Assembly: GCA_040384745.1 (NCBI GenBank)
Contig: JAZKIT010000002.1
Span: 87,425 to 151,424 of the forward strand
DNA from: Patescibacteria group bacterium
GTDB taxonomy: Bacteria > Patescibacteriota > Saccharimonadia > Saccharimonadales > Saccharimonadaceae
Length of the DNA: 64,000 nucleotides
Direction: 5' to 3'
The stretch's first letter is position 1. Every line of letters begins with the position of its first letter. Below, in pieces: positions 1 through 9,629 of the stretch. The notes under the pieces were generated by a model. It saw only the letters and a list, made by a program, of their open reading frames with translations, did not search any database and was not told the origin of the DNA. The translations under genes and the position numbers were made by a program.

Positions 1-209
1 TTTTCACGCACTTCGGCGATCTGAAGGGTGTTTTGGGCGGTGTTTTGATTGACGGGCGGCTTGGCTGGCGCGGAAGCTTGACTACTGCCGATTGGTTGCG
101 GCATGTCTGGAGGTACCGGAAAGGCCTGGGCAGGAGTGGGCGTGGCACTACCGATAGGCGGCAGACCGGGCGACACCGGTGGCTGATTAGCTGGTTGGCT
201 CGGCGGCAT
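1..209 (-). CDS. Partial CDS (N-terminus, continues past left edge). Possible T4SS VirB4/TrsE-type ATPase, by position only.
   Basis: ATG at 209 on the minus strand, open to position 3: MPPSQPANQPPVSPGLPPIGSATPTP...NTLQIAEVRE. It lies directly downstream of the PrgI-like gene, the slot usually held by the VirB4-type ATPase in Gram-positive-type T4SS loci. No ATPase motif is visible in the 69 aa available. Confidence 0.45.
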   Translation of the reverse strand, partial: MPPSQPANQPPVSPGLPPIGSATPTPAQAFPVPPDMPQPIGSSQASAPAKPPVNQNTAQNTLQIAEVRE

Positions 210-246
210 TAAAGACTCTCGTTCCCACTCGTTACGCCGATTTATG

Positions 247-1248
247 TTAGCGAAGTGATATCACTACCTCATCTTCAGAAAGTTTTTCTTTCTCGTGAAT
301 GCGATTGGCCTCTCTGGCAATCGTCTCCACCGATAAATCGGGATTATTTGCAAGGTTAATTATATCAGGCGACAACGGCTTTTCGCTAGGCTTTTCGGGC
401 TCTGGTGGAATCGGATTTTCAACCGGGGCTTGAACCGGCGTATCGCCCATAGGCGAAAGTACCGATTGGTGCATGGTTGGGTATGGGTTGAATGCCACGG
501 TAATGTCCGGCTCATCAGCGGTTGGCTGTGGCGAAGGTGCAAATAGGTCGGCGGGCGGCGCCAGCGAGGCATAAGGGTCAGTGGGTAGCACAGTTGGCGT
601 GACTGGCTGGGCGAATCCGGTCGGCGGCGGCACGGCTACGCCTGCGGATTGGACGCGAAAGCGCTCGAGCATTTTTTGGTGGCGTTGGGCGTCGACTTGG
701 TCAAGCTTGGTGTCGAGGCTCTGCCCTATTCCCATGGTCTCGTCGAGCATGTCGGGGGCTGCCTGGGCTTCTAGGTAGGCGTCATTGGTCATAGAGCCAG
801 GAGATGTTGGTATTGGACTTTGGACCCCGCGCACAGCCCAGCCACGTGAGTCGACGATACTTGCCAGGTAGCTGAGTCGCTGCTCGGCTTCGCTTTCGGA
901 AATGTCTTTGACGCGCCGGACTTCGACGACGTTCGGAACGGTAATTTCAACGAAGGCCTGGGTGCCATCGGGAACCCACATACGCTTACGTGGTTTGATG
1001 TAAAACGATACGATTGCCGCCAGGTACGTTTCCATAGGCTGGTCTTTGCGGAGCGGCAGTGCCAAGGCGCCAAACAGTAAGATTATCGGTAGCACAATGA
1101 CGAATAGCGGCAAGAACAGCTGACTTAAGAAATAGCCGATAAACCCTGCCCCGACCACGATAATCAAATAGATAAACTGCCGAAACGAAAACGGTCCGAT
1201 CAGCTTATCGTCGGCTTCGACGTCTTGGGGTACTTTATAGACTGCCAT
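247..1248 (-). CDS. PrgI-family (VirB3-like) T4SS membrane protein
   Basis: The N-terminus MAVYKVPQDVEADDKLIGPFSFRQFIYLII, followed by two TM helices, matches the PrgI-family signature as I remember it. It has a long Pro-rich C-terminal tail and is co-directional with the other T4SS-like genes. Confidence 0.75.
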   Translation of the reverse strand: MAVYKVPQDVEADDKLIGPFSFRQFIYLIIVVGAGFIGYFLSQLFLPLFVIVLPIILLFGALALPLRKDQPMETYLAAIVSFYIKPRKRMWVPDGTQAFVEITVPNVVEVRRVKDISESEAEQRLSYLASIVDSRGWAVRGVQSPIPTSPGSMTNDAYLEAQAAPDMLDETMGIGQSLDTKLDQVDAQRHQKMLERFRVQSAGVAVPPPTGFAQPVTPTVLPTDPYASLAPPADLFAPSPQPTADEPDITVAFNPYPTMHQSVLSPMGDTPVQAPVENPIPPEPEKPSEKPLSPDIINLANNPDLSVETIAREANRIHEKEKLSEDEVVISLR

Positions 1249-1256
1249 GTAAGTTT

Positions 1257-1265
1257 AGTATAGCA
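1257..1265 (-). promoter_or_regulatory. Extended -10 box (TGCTATACT on the minus strand) 8 nt upstream of the PrgI-like ATG
   Basis: The plus strand reads agtatagca. There is no Shine-Dalgarno between the box and the ATG at 1248. The same box recurs in front of many genes in this window. Confidence 0.5.
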
Positions 1266-1276
1266 ATAACTATTGA

Positions 1277-4200
1277 CTACATTCCCGCGTCAACCTTAGC
1301 GGTGTAGCTCGAGATATCCTCACCTCTTTGAAATGCAGCCAACATTTCCTGAGGTGCGCCCTTTACCTTACCAGCGGCTGTGGCATCGGCATTGAATCGT
1401 GAGATAAATGCCTTTAATTCATCTGGTTTGTCTTTGGCTAGTTTAGCAATAAGCTTCATTTGCGCTGGCTTCGACATTGAAGCGAATCTTTGGGCGCTTT
1501 GATCTGACCAGACGTCTGTCGAGTTTGAAACTTCTTTGAAGGTTTTTCCGGGTTTTTCATTGTTTGCCCAAACTTCAAAATCTCGTCCTGATGCTCGGAA
1601 GTCATTATCGAACGCGAGAATTTCCTTCAAGTCTAATTCGTCCGAGAGTGCTTTGTCGCGGGCCTCTCCTGTGGCCATCGACGCGTTCCCTTCCGTATGT
1701 GAAGATAGTGAGCGTTTGAGCGACTCAATGCCAGGCGACCCGTTTCCGCGCATTAGTTTTGCATATGCAACACGTTCTTCGGTTGTATCAGCGGCTGCAA
1801 ACCGCTGTTCTAGGGCGGAATTATCCGAAGCGACCTCGTACGGTAAGGTTGATTGAATATTCTGAATGTTTTCCATCATCTCTTTTGACTGAGATGCCTT
1901 TGCCGCGGCTGCAACTCTGCGTGCTCCGGCCGCTCCTTGTACTCCAGCCGCCGCTAACGCAACAGCCGTCGGATCACCCGATTTCGTTACGAGCTGCCCG
2001 GTGTAGTCGCTCTGCCTTGCTCTATTCGCGGAATCTAGTCGTGCGTTAGCGACATTATGAGCGACGATTTCATCGAGAGATCGAGCTTGAACTGCGTTTG
2101 CTTCAAGGTCAACGTTTGCAGTTTTCATTGCGTGTTCGGCGTCAGACTTCTGAATGCCGAATTTAGATGCTTTCGGGTCGTTTACCCCAAATGCTGCCGC
2201 TGCCGCCTTGCCCCTTGCGTCAAGCGCTTCATATTTTGAATCGCGGCGCATCCGTCCTCTTCGAAACGCATCTAATCGTCCGATACCTTTGCGCTGCTGG
2301 GCTAGCTCGGTTCGACGGTTGTCGAGACCCTTGCCTATTTGGCTTAATCGGCCACCAAGTTGTTTGCCACCCATTCGGTTGCTTCGGTCGGCTAGCCCGC
2401 TAACCCTTTGCCCTATATTGCCAGCGGCAGACAACGAACCTTTTAATATGGCCGGAACCGCGAATAGCGGAACTGCAAGCACGGCTAGGGCGACAAGTTT
2501 CAGTATCTGTTCATCGTCGCCACCTTCTCCCCCATCGCCGGCGATTCCCATCAGGATGTTCGATGCAAGCGTGCTAGCGCCAAAGACGATGCCGACGATA
2601 GGAAATACCATAAGCGTGGCCACGAAGGCCTTCCACCACTTTTTAAACCAGTCTTCGGTATTTGGTAGCAAGTAGGCGACGAACGCCAGCGGCGATACGA
2701 TGATGAGGATAAGTACGAGCGCCTGGCGGGCAACCAAGATAAGGATGATGACCGCGAGGGCAATAAGAACCGTCGGTGCAAGGGCGATTGCGACGATAAG
2801 CAGCACGCCGACCCCTGCTACGAGCATGGCTCCAATTATTTCAGACCATGTTCCCCCGTCTTCACTAGTACCAGATGCAGCGGCGGGCGTTATTTCTTGA
2901 AAGAACGAATAAATACTACTACCAACAATATTACTGGCGTCGACCATTAACGCGCAGACATAGAACGAAATATTAACTAATATGGCCGCTACTACAATAC
3001 GTGGCAGCATTTTTTTAATGCCGTAATTACTAATTCCGGCGCTGGTAATTTGCGAGTAAACGATGACCATGAACGAAATGACAAAGGCGATATTAGCGAA
3101 GTCACGGAAGGTTGACCATGCGGTTTGCGTACCCTCGTCTTGCACAAGTGCCGGGCGGACTTCAAGCAAGTCTCGCAGGAAGATGAACGCAAGGTCGTTT
3201 ATCGTAGCCAAAAAGTTCATGACCGGGCAAACGATCCAGCCGATGCCATCGATTGCGCAGGTGGTCGTGTCTTCTTCTGAGCTATCTTCTGATCCGCTTA
3301 CTTCAGTGCTCGCAAGTGCGTCGGGGTTGTCGCGTAGCCAGGTGCTATAGGCGCCGGCATTGTCGCGCGCGATATTGACTATTTGGTCACACGAACGCTT
3401 TTGGTAAGCGTCAAAACTGCCGCCGGTGGTCGCAACGTATGCCAGGTTGCTGTCACCCGTTGGTATGCCGACACCCTGAATATAGCGCAGTACCATTCCC
3501 TCACCGTCTGGAACGAACACGGGTACGGCATACTGCGAGTTACTACTGGCCGCGCCGGGAACGTCACCGCTCGATTCGTACAGCGTGGTGTTTGGGAATT
3601 CCATTTGACAGCCGCGCTGGCTGACCAATGTCGCATACGCCCGGACGTATTCCTCGGGCCCTCCGAACGCTGGCTTTTTTGAAAACGCAGCATTTTTAAA
3701 TGACTCAGCTACTTCGTCTTTGTCTTTGTCGTTGTCCCAGTCCTTGTCACCGACGCCAGCAATACAGTCGTCGACATTGCCGTCCTGGCCATCTTCGTAC
3801 TGCGCACCACTCAGGCCACAAAATGCGGTACGCGGGTTATCAAACCCAAGGTACCCGAAGGCCGTTTGAACGAGCGACTCGGTCTGGCAGTCGCGTGTTC
3901 CCTGTAAGTTAGCGCTCGCGGTTTTGCCCGGGTACATGGCGCCAAGTGCTTGGGCGCTGGTGTTGCCTTCAAAGAAGTCCCAGCTGCTCATTTCATTCGG
4001 TGTCACTTTGTCTATGTCGACGTGCCGAAAGCAGGCATATAGCCAGTAGTAGTGCTGGTGAGCGCTGGCGTTTTTGTAGACATCGTCGGCGATAAAGCTT
4101 TCACCGGGCCATTCAGGGGCGGCGCTGGCAGGCTTCGTCAATACGGGAGTTACTAGAGACGCCAGCAGAGAAAAAACGGTGAGCGCGACCACAAAGAAGA

Positions 4201-4285
4201 TTGGATTATTGCCAATCCACGCCAGCGATAGTGTGCGTGCTACCGGATTGTTTCTGTTCCCGCCTGTTCGTCGTTTTTTTGTCAT
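1277..4285 (-). CDS. Large polytopic membrane protein, VirB6/TrbL-like (putative T4SS channel component), paralogue A
   Basis: About 1002 aa. It has an N-terminal TM/signal anchor and a roughly 330-aa Cys-containing ectodomain. The boundary motif is TTCAIDGIGWIVCPVM, followed by a block of several TM helices and then a roughly 430-aa hydrophilic A/K/R/E-rich tail. It shares architecture and the boundary motif with 5361..8603. The start is set at the ATG at 4285 because the ATG at 4303 overlaps a TATAAT box. Confidence 0.6.
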   Translation of the reverse strand: MTKKRRTGGNRNNPVARTLSLAWIGNNPIFFVVALTVFSLLASLVTPVLTKPASAAPEWPGESFIADDVYKNASAHQHYYWLYACFRHVDIDKVTPNEMSSWDFFEGNTSAQALGAMYPGKTASANLQGTRDCQTESLVQTAFGYLGFDNPRTAFCGLSGAQYEDGQDGNVDDCIAGVGDKDWDNDKDKDEVAESFKNAAFSKKPAFGGPEEYVRAYATLVSQRGCQMEFPNTTLYESSGDVPGAASSNSQYAVPVFVPDGEGMVLRYIQGVGIPTGDSNLAYVATTGGSFDAYQKRSCDQIVNIARDNAGAYSTWLRDNPDALASTEVSGSEDSSEEDTTTCAIDGIGWIVCPVMNFLATINDLAFIFLRDLLEVRPALVQDEGTQTAWSTFRDFANIAFVISFMVIVYSQITSAGISNYGIKKMLPRIVVAAILVNISFYVCALMVDASNIVGSSIYSFFQEITPAAASGTSEDGGTWSEIIGAMLVAGVGVLLIVAIALAPTVLIALAVIILILVARQALVLILIIVSPLAFVAYLLPNTEDWFKKWWKAFVATLMVFPIVGIVFGASTLASNILMGIAGDGGEGGDDEQILKLVALAVLAVPLFAVPAILKGSLSAAGNIGQRVSGLADRSNRMGGKQLGGRLSQIGKGLDNRRTELAQQRKGIGRLDAFRRGRMRRDSKYEALDARGKAAAAAFGVNDPKASKFGIQKSDAEHAMKTANVDLEANAVQARSLDEIVAHNVANARLDSANRARQSDYTGQLVTKSGDPTAVALAAAGVQGAAGARRVAAAAKASQSKEMMENIQNIQSTLPYEVASDNSALEQRFAAADTTEERVAYAKLMRGNGSPGIESLKRSLSSHTEGNASMATGEARDKALSDELDLKEILAFDNDFRASGRDFEVWANNEKPGKTFKEVSNSTDVWSDQSAQRFASMSKPAQMKLIAKLAKDKPDELKAFISRFNADATAAGKVKGAPQEMLAAFQRGEDISSYTAKVDAGM

Positions 4286-4343
4286 ATATATAATAGGCCC
4301 CAAGTGAGGCCCATTATACTACGAAACACTTATGCTTACAGTA

Positions 4344-5225
4344 TTAATTGACGGGAACGACTTCGGAAACTTTCCAGACGCCGTCTTCTTGTACCCAGGT
4401 GGCGCGACCGTGTCCGGTTATCGGGGTGCTGTACGTTTCAGTGATGAATTCGTGAGCACGGTTTTGGTCGGAGTTGTCTTGACGGGTGTATTCGTATTCG
4501 ACGACGATTTCGCTACCATTGTTTGACAGCTCGACGGCCGACGTCAATGTCGTACTGTGTTCGTATGGCTCGACATCCAGCGAGTTGCCCGTGTCGGTCG
4601 TACCCATGTTGGTCAGTACGACTGCGTAATGGTTTCGGATATTGTCGTTGACTTCCCGTGCGAGGTCAGGCCGCTGTTGCCAGTCGCTGACATACAGGAC
4701 TGAAACGTAGGCGTCGTCGACCGGCTTGTTTAGCTCGGCGATGTACTGGTCGCGAGTGATTAGCGGGTCCTCATTGGCTTTCGTCTCGGGAGTCGCGCCG
4801 GTCATGAGCCATTCATTTTCCTGTTCGAATATCGCATACATGAGTGATTCGCCGTCATTGTAGCGTTCGACGGTCAATTCAGTTGGACCAACACTGGTTG
4901 TTTCGGGGGTAGCAGTTACTTCCGGAGTAGTTTCGGTAGTTGGATCAGATGTAGCTTCAGCGGTCGCTTCGGTCTGGCCTGGGTTGGGCGAAGATGTAGC
5001 GGCCGGGTTGCGTTCTGGGTTAGGGCTGGAGTCATTCTCTCCCTTTGTCAGGTAAAATCCACCGCCAATGACAGTTGCTGCAACTGCAGCGGCAAGTCCT
5101 GCGACCATTCCCTTTCGTCCTTTGCCTCCATCAACGGTGGCTTCGACATGCTGGCGTGCGGCGTCTTGTTCGGCCGGGGTTGCATTTGGGTTTGCTGGAA
5201 CTGGTCGTTCGTGACTAAGACTCAT
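4344..5225 (-). CDS. Membrane-anchored protein with T/E/P-rich linker and NTF2-like C-terminal domain (possible VirB8/PrgL analogue)
   Basis: It has one N-terminal TM helix (GLAAAVAATVIGGGFYL) and a low-complexity linker (TSSPNPGQTEATAEATSDPTTETTPEVTATPETT). The globular C-terminus ends WVQEDGVWKVSEVVPVN, a typical NTF2-like terminal strand. The VirB8 analogy is inference from topology and position. Confidence 0.5.
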   Translation of the reverse strand: MSLSHERPVPANPNATPAEQDAARQHVEATVDGGKGRKGMVAGLAAAVAATVIGGGFYLTKGENDSSPNPERNPAATSSPNPGQTEATAEATSDPTTETTPEVTATPETTSVGPTELTVERYNDGESLMYAIFEQENEWLMTGATPETKANEDPLITRDQYIAELNKPVDDAYVSVLYVSDWQQRPDLAREVNDNIRNHYAVVLTNMGTTDTGNSLDVEPYEHSTTLTSAVELSNNGSEIVVEYEYTRQDNSDQNRAHEFITETYSTPITGHGRATWVQEDGVWKVSEVVPVN

Positions 5226-5290
5226 TGTAGTGTTCCTTGCCGCTTGTATGGGGCTTTAGGTTATGACAAAGCGAATGTGCTTATGTCATT

Positions 5291-5319
5291 ACTATACACC
5301 TTATGCTTGAAAAAGTCAA
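5291..5319 (-). promoter_or_regulatory. Sigma-70-type promoter for the 293-aa gene
   Basis: The minus strand reads TTGACT, a 17-nt spacer, then TG-extended TATAGT. AAGGAA lies upstream of the ATG at 5225. Confidence 0.55.
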
Positions 5320-5360
5320 GTAGGTGGAATTGACGTCAAGGGTTGTTATTGAGGCGGAAG

Positions 5361-8300
5361 TTACTTCTTGTCGACCATTGTTAGGGGGTCGTACTCCGTT
5401 GGAATCAATCGACCGGCGGCAGTCTGGACCTCGGCGGTAGAAGGTGTCGGCGTCGTTGGGTCGAGGTAGAGCTTCATGGCTTCAAGGGCTCGCTTGTGGC
5501 GAGTTTCGAGCTTAGCGCCGATGATTGGGTCGTTCATGGCTTCATCGATAACCTCGACGTAGGCCTTGCGGTTGGCTTCGCCTGTCCTTGCGAGTTCCGA
5601 AGGATTGTCACGGAAGACCTGAAGGCTACGAACCATCTCGTCGATGTCCATCTTGCCAACCCTGTCGGCTTTGATTTTACCGGTGCCGATGTCGCGTAGA
5701 ATCGCAACTTCCGTGCCGGCCCGGTAGGTACCGGTTTGTAGGTTTGCTTTGTCTGTTCCGCTTAGGTGTGTGACCTGGTGTCCTGTCTTGGCCATGGCGT
5801 CGGCGTAAATCTGCTGGAGGTTGCGTCGTCGCTCTACTTCGTCATCGTCGAGAGTACTTGTCTTGGTCGTGTCTGCTGCGTCGTAGTAATTGCCATTTTC
5901 AAACTGCATACCTTGGGTAGCGATGTAGTCAGACATTTTTTGCATGGCGGTGTTGTTGGCTTTTTCCGAAGCGAGCTGCTTTATGGCCGCGTGGATGTGC
6001 ATATCGGTTGCCGGTTCGTTACCGCGCAGCTTACCGGTTTGGTATACCTCAATCAGTTCCTCGGGCTGGTAACCTTCGTTACTGAAGGTGCTTTCGACGG
6101 CCTCGACGTTTTGCATGTGGAGGGCTGAACCTTCCTTGTACAGTTGCGCGACCACCTTGGTACGACCATATTCATCAACACCGGCGGCACGATCCAGCAG
6201 GTTATCGTCGGCCATTAGGCGTTTTGTTAGGTTTGATTTGACGACATAGGTTGCATTAGCCTTGCGCTTCTCTTCGACCTCGATGGTTTCTTCGGACTGG
6301 CGGATGATGTCGATTTGATCAGCGACCTGGCTGGTTATTGGTCCATGGCGCCTTTGGTAGTCGTCGGTTCGCCCAGCGCTGGCTTCGACCAGGATTGATT
6401 CCCATTCGGCCTGGAGTGACTTGAGGTTCTTGGCGTTGGCCTGGCGTTCGAGCTGGCGAGAATAGACGGTGCGGTCAGTTAGGGTAATATTCTCCCAGTT
6501 CGCCTTAGCGGCGTCTTCGACCAGTTCGTTGGCTTGATTTGCTCGCCCCTGGAATTCCTGTGTCTTAATGACCTGATTTTTGAGCGTCGCGTCAGTGAGG
6601 ATGGTTTCGGCAAGCTGGGCCGAGCCTTCAACTTCGACAATCTTGGCGGCGTTTTCGCCGATACCCTTTTGGACGACGGTACGGATCTTGGCGGCACGAG
6701 CGGCGGCGTAGCGTGGCGTGGCTCCATTTGCGATGCTTTGGTTTAAGAAGCTGGTGTCGGCTTCGTTCATCTCGTCCTCATCGATCTTGGCGAGGCCGGT
6801 CGTTAGGCGAGTTTCGGTTTGCATGGCACGACGGGTAGAGTCGGTCTTTAAGAGGTCTTGCCAGTGTTGCTCGTTGTGCGATTCATGAAGGTTATGGGCA
6901 AGCTGATTGTCGCGCTTGTAGGTGTCGAGATTGCCGTAACCACGGACTGGTCGGCCAGTAATTCGACTACGGACGTCGTCTCGGACTTCGCGGTTGTCAC
7001 CACCCCAGCGGCCGGTTTGGCCGTGCCATTCGTTTTTAGCTCGCTCTTCATCGAGTCCCTTTTCTGCTTCGCGGGAGTTGTTCTTGGCGTATGAACGAGC
7101 GGCCGAGCGACGCATGTGCTGACCAAAGACCCCCGTGCGGAAGCCATTAGTACGCTGCAGTTCGGCATTCTTGGCGTTGTTACGGGCAACGTGCTCGCCG
7201 AGGCGGTCTTTATTGTAGTTCTTGTAGCGGTCGTAGAGTCCACGTTGTGGGTTGTTTATGATGCCCCCGAAGCGGTTCAGTATGCCGCCACCAAGCTTGA
7301 GGAGGAGCGGCGTAATCGCCAGAGGCGCGACCATAACACCAAGCCCTAAGATAATCGTTTCGATAGACGTAGCGCTTCGGATGATGACTTCTCCGGCGAG
7401 CTGTGCACCACCAAACACGGCACCGAATGCCGGGAACATGACAAGCATAGTGAAGAACAGGCTGCGCCATTTTTCAAACCACTTCTCGGTGTTGGGTAGT
7501 ATATAGGCCGCGAATGCCAAAGGCGCGATAGCGATAAGAATGACGATAATTGCCTGGCGCGCCGCCAGAACGAAGAACGTAACGAAGGTAAGCAGTGCCC
7601 CGCCGAACAAGAAGGGCGCCAGCATGTACCACAGGCCGGTGACGGCCGCACCGGCTGCCCCGGCGGAAAGTGCCGTGAACCCGACTGCTGCCCCGGTGCC
7701 ACCCGCCAGTACCCAGGCGGTGACGCTGGTCCAGTTGACGTCTTCGGCGGTATTTGAACCCGGTAGGACGTCGTCGCGGACCGATTCGAACAGCTGGTTA
7801 ACGCCGTAGCCGGCAATATTACTGATATCAACGGCTGCCGCACAAATGAGGTAACTGATGTTAATAAGGATGGCGACGATGACCAGCCGCGGGAGAATCT
7901 TGCGAATCCGGTAGGCGTCAAAGCCGCCCCCGACGAGGTAGCTGTAAATGATGACCAGAAAGCCGATAACGAAGGCGACATTAGCCAGGTCTCGCGAATA
8001 GACCCATACGCGGTAGATGGGGTTGTCGACCGATGTGGTGATGGGTTGGACTTCAAGGAAGCCGCGAATGCGTTCGAAGACCCAGTCCATGCCTTCGGAT
8101 ATGGCCCACATGACCGGACAGACGAGCCAGCCAACGCCTTCGATGGTGCAGTTGTTCGTCAACGAGTCGTCGGTATTGGCTATCTCGCCTGCAGGTACAG
8201 GGGTGAGCGTGATGCTTTGCTTGCCGCTTTGGTTGATGTAGCGATTGGGTGGATTAAGGGTAAAGCGCACATAGGTGGCTTCTTTTTCGCTTTTGGGTTC

Positions 8301-8603
8301 GACCACGCCATTGGCGAAGTAGATGAAGTAGACGAGGTTAGGGTTGACCGAGCTGTCGGTGTACTGGTAGATAGCCGGGCTGGCTTTTATGTCGCTTGGA
8401 AACGCGCCGATTGGGTCGACTTGGGCATATGTGTTGCCGTCGTAGACGATTGAGTCGCCTTGCCACGTAGCATCGGCCGCACTAACAGAGGGAGCGGTCG
8501 TAAAAATATACGCGAAACAGGCCACAAAGAACGTGGCCAGCAGCATGCTGAATTTCCGCGGGTTATTGCTACCACGCGGAGCTCTAACGAGAACTTCCCA
8601 CAT
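5361..8603 (-). CDS. Large polytopic membrane protein, VirB6/TrbL-like, paralogue B
   Basis: 1080 aa. It has a signal peptide (FAYIFTTAPSVSAADA), an ectodomain, the boundary motif NNCTIEGVGWLVCPVM, a multi-TM block and a roughly 620-aa hydrophilic tail. It is a paralogue of 1277..4285. Confidence 0.6.
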   Translation of the reverse strand: MWEVLVRAPRGSNNPRKFSMLLATFFVACFAYIFTTAPSVSAADATWQGDSIVYDGNTYAQVDPIGAFPSDIKASPAIYQYTDSSVNPNLVYFIYFANGVVEPKSEKEATYVRFTLNPPNRYINQSGKQSITLTPVPAGEIANTDDSLTNNCTIEGVGWLVCPVMWAISEGMDWVFERIRGFLEVQPITTSVDNPIYRVWVYSRDLANVAFVIGFLVIIYSYLVGGGFDAYRIRKILPRLVIVAILINISYLICAAAVDISNIAGYGVNQLFESVRDDVLPGSNTAEDVNWTSVTAWVLAGGTGAAVGFTALSAGAAGAAVTGLWYMLAPFLFGGALLTFVTFFVLAARQAIIVILIAIAPLAFAAYILPNTEKWFEKWRSLFFTMLVMFPAFGAVFGGAQLAGEVIIRSATSIETIILGLGVMVAPLAITPLLLKLGGGILNRFGGIINNPQRGLYDRYKNYNKDRLGEHVARNNAKNAELQRTNGFRTGVFGQHMRRSAARSYAKNNSREAEKGLDEERAKNEWHGQTGRWGGDNREVRDDVRSRITGRPVRGYGNLDTYKRDNQLAHNLHESHNEQHWQDLLKTDSTRRAMQTETRLTTGLAKIDEDEMNEADTSFLNQSIANGATPRYAAARAAKIRTVVQKGIGENAAKIVEVEGSAQLAETILTDATLKNQVIKTQEFQGRANQANELVEDAAKANWENITLTDRTVYSRQLERQANAKNLKSLQAEWESILVEASAGRTDDYQRRHGPITSQVADQIDIIRQSEETIEVEEKRKANATYVVKSNLTKRLMADDNLLDRAAGVDEYGRTKVVAQLYKEGSALHMQNVEAVESTFSNEGYQPEELIEVYQTGKLRGNEPATDMHIHAAIKQLASEKANNTAMQKMSDYIATQGMQFENGNYYDAADTTKTSTLDDDEVERRRNLQQIYADAMAKTGHQVTHLSGTDKANLQTGTYRAGTEVAILRDIGTGKIKADRVGKMDIDEMVRSLQVFRDNPSELARTGEANRKAYVEVIDEAMNDPIIGAKLETRHKRALEAMKLYLDPTTPTPSTAEVQTAAGRLIPTEYDPLTMVDKK

Positions 8604-8612
8604 AACTCTTGG

Positions 8613-8641
8613 ATTTTATCATTTTACAGAGAAAAAGTCAA
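8613..8641 (-). promoter_or_regulatory. Sigma-70-type promoter for paralogue B
   Basis: The minus strand reads TTGACT, a 17-nt spacer, then TAAAAT, with 9 nt to the ATG at 8603. Confidence 0.55.
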
Positions 8642-8724
8642 TACCCTGGCCCTTTGATAATAAGCGTAAAAATTACGGCAAAACCTTGCAGGAGCCGACG
8701 TAATATCGTATCGTATGGGTAGTT

Positions 8725-9129
8725 ATGAAAATAAAACAAATAGTAGTTTCTTTAATGCTTCCGGCATTACTGTGTGGCTTCGTCGCCGCAAGCCTTACTA
8801 CCAGCGCGGCTGGTGCCCAAAACACCTGTGGTGGCGTGGACACTTCGATTATCGCGTGTGATGCCAAGAACTCTAAAGGTGGCGGCACCGAAGACAATGG
8901 CGTGTGGGCGCTGCTGCTAATCGTGGTGAATATAATGACCGCCGGTGTCGGGATTATCGCGGTCGCGGGAATCGTCTACGGAGCGATTTTGTACACCACT
9001 GCTGAGGACAAGGCCGACCAAGTAAAGAAAGCCACCGACATTATTACGAATGTCATAATCGGACTGATTTTGTTCGCGTTGATGTACGCGGGACTGAACT
9101 TTATCGTACCGGGAGGGGTCTTTGCATGA
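8725..9129 (+). CDS. T4SS-pilin-like small membrane protein (TrbC/VirB2-like), copy P1
   Basis: It has a signal peptide, a Cys-bounded loop (TCGGVDTSIIAC) and two C-terminal TM helices separated by a short polar turn (YTTAEDKADQVKKATDII). It is the first of seven tandem genes. Confidence 0.7.
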   Translation: MKIKQIVVSLMLPALLCGFVAASLTTSAAGAQNTCGGVDTSIIACDAKNSKGGGTEDNGVWALLLIVVNIMTAGVGIIAVAGIVYGAILYTTAEDKADQVKKATDIITNVIIGLILFALMYAGLNFIVPGGVFA

Positions 9130-9629
9130 TGTATAAACTGTCCAGCTTATTTATTGCATTAGCCTTGATGGTCGGCGTGAGCGCGCTACTGTTGCCAGCT
9201 CAAGCGGCACACGCGGCAAAATTTGGACCGGGAGCAACCGGTGAAGGCGGCCAGTCCTGTGCTTCGAGCTTTCTAGGCTTCCCTGCTTGGTTTGACGGCC
9301 TGCCTCGTAAGCCGGACACCTGTCAGGTGCTGGTGTCTGAAAAGACCGAAGTCGACGATAACGGCAAGACCGTCGAGTTGGCTGATCAAAACGATTTAAG
9401 CAACTTCATTTTTATGATCATTTTGAACGTTATTGAAATTGCTCTCAGGCTGATTGGGTTTATAGCGGTCGGATTCATTATTTACGGCGGGTTCAAATAC
9501 CTTACCAGTGCCGGTTCGGCAGATCGCATAACAGCCGGCCGTAAGATTATTCAAAATGCGGTAATTGGCTTGGTGATTTCGTTCTTCTCGGTAGCGATTG
9601 TTAACCTCGTAGCGGGGAATATAGGGTGA
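9126..9629 (+). CDS. T4SS-pilin-like small membrane protein, copy P2
   Basis: Its start overlaps the P1 stop (ATGA). It has a signal peptide (PAQAAHA), a Cys...Cys loop (SCASSFLGFPAWFDGLPRKPDTC) and the same C-terminal TM-turn-TM pattern (GGFKYLTSAGSADRITAGRKIIQNAVIGLV). Confidence 0.7.
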   Translation: MMYKLSSLFIALALMVGVSALLLPAQAAHAAKFGPGATGEGGQSCASSFLGFPAWFDGLPRKPDTCQVLVSEKTEVDDNGKTVELADQNDLSNFIFMIILNVIEIALRLIGFIAVGFIIYGGFKYLTSAGSADRITAGRKIIQNAVIGLVISFFSVAIVNLVAGNIG

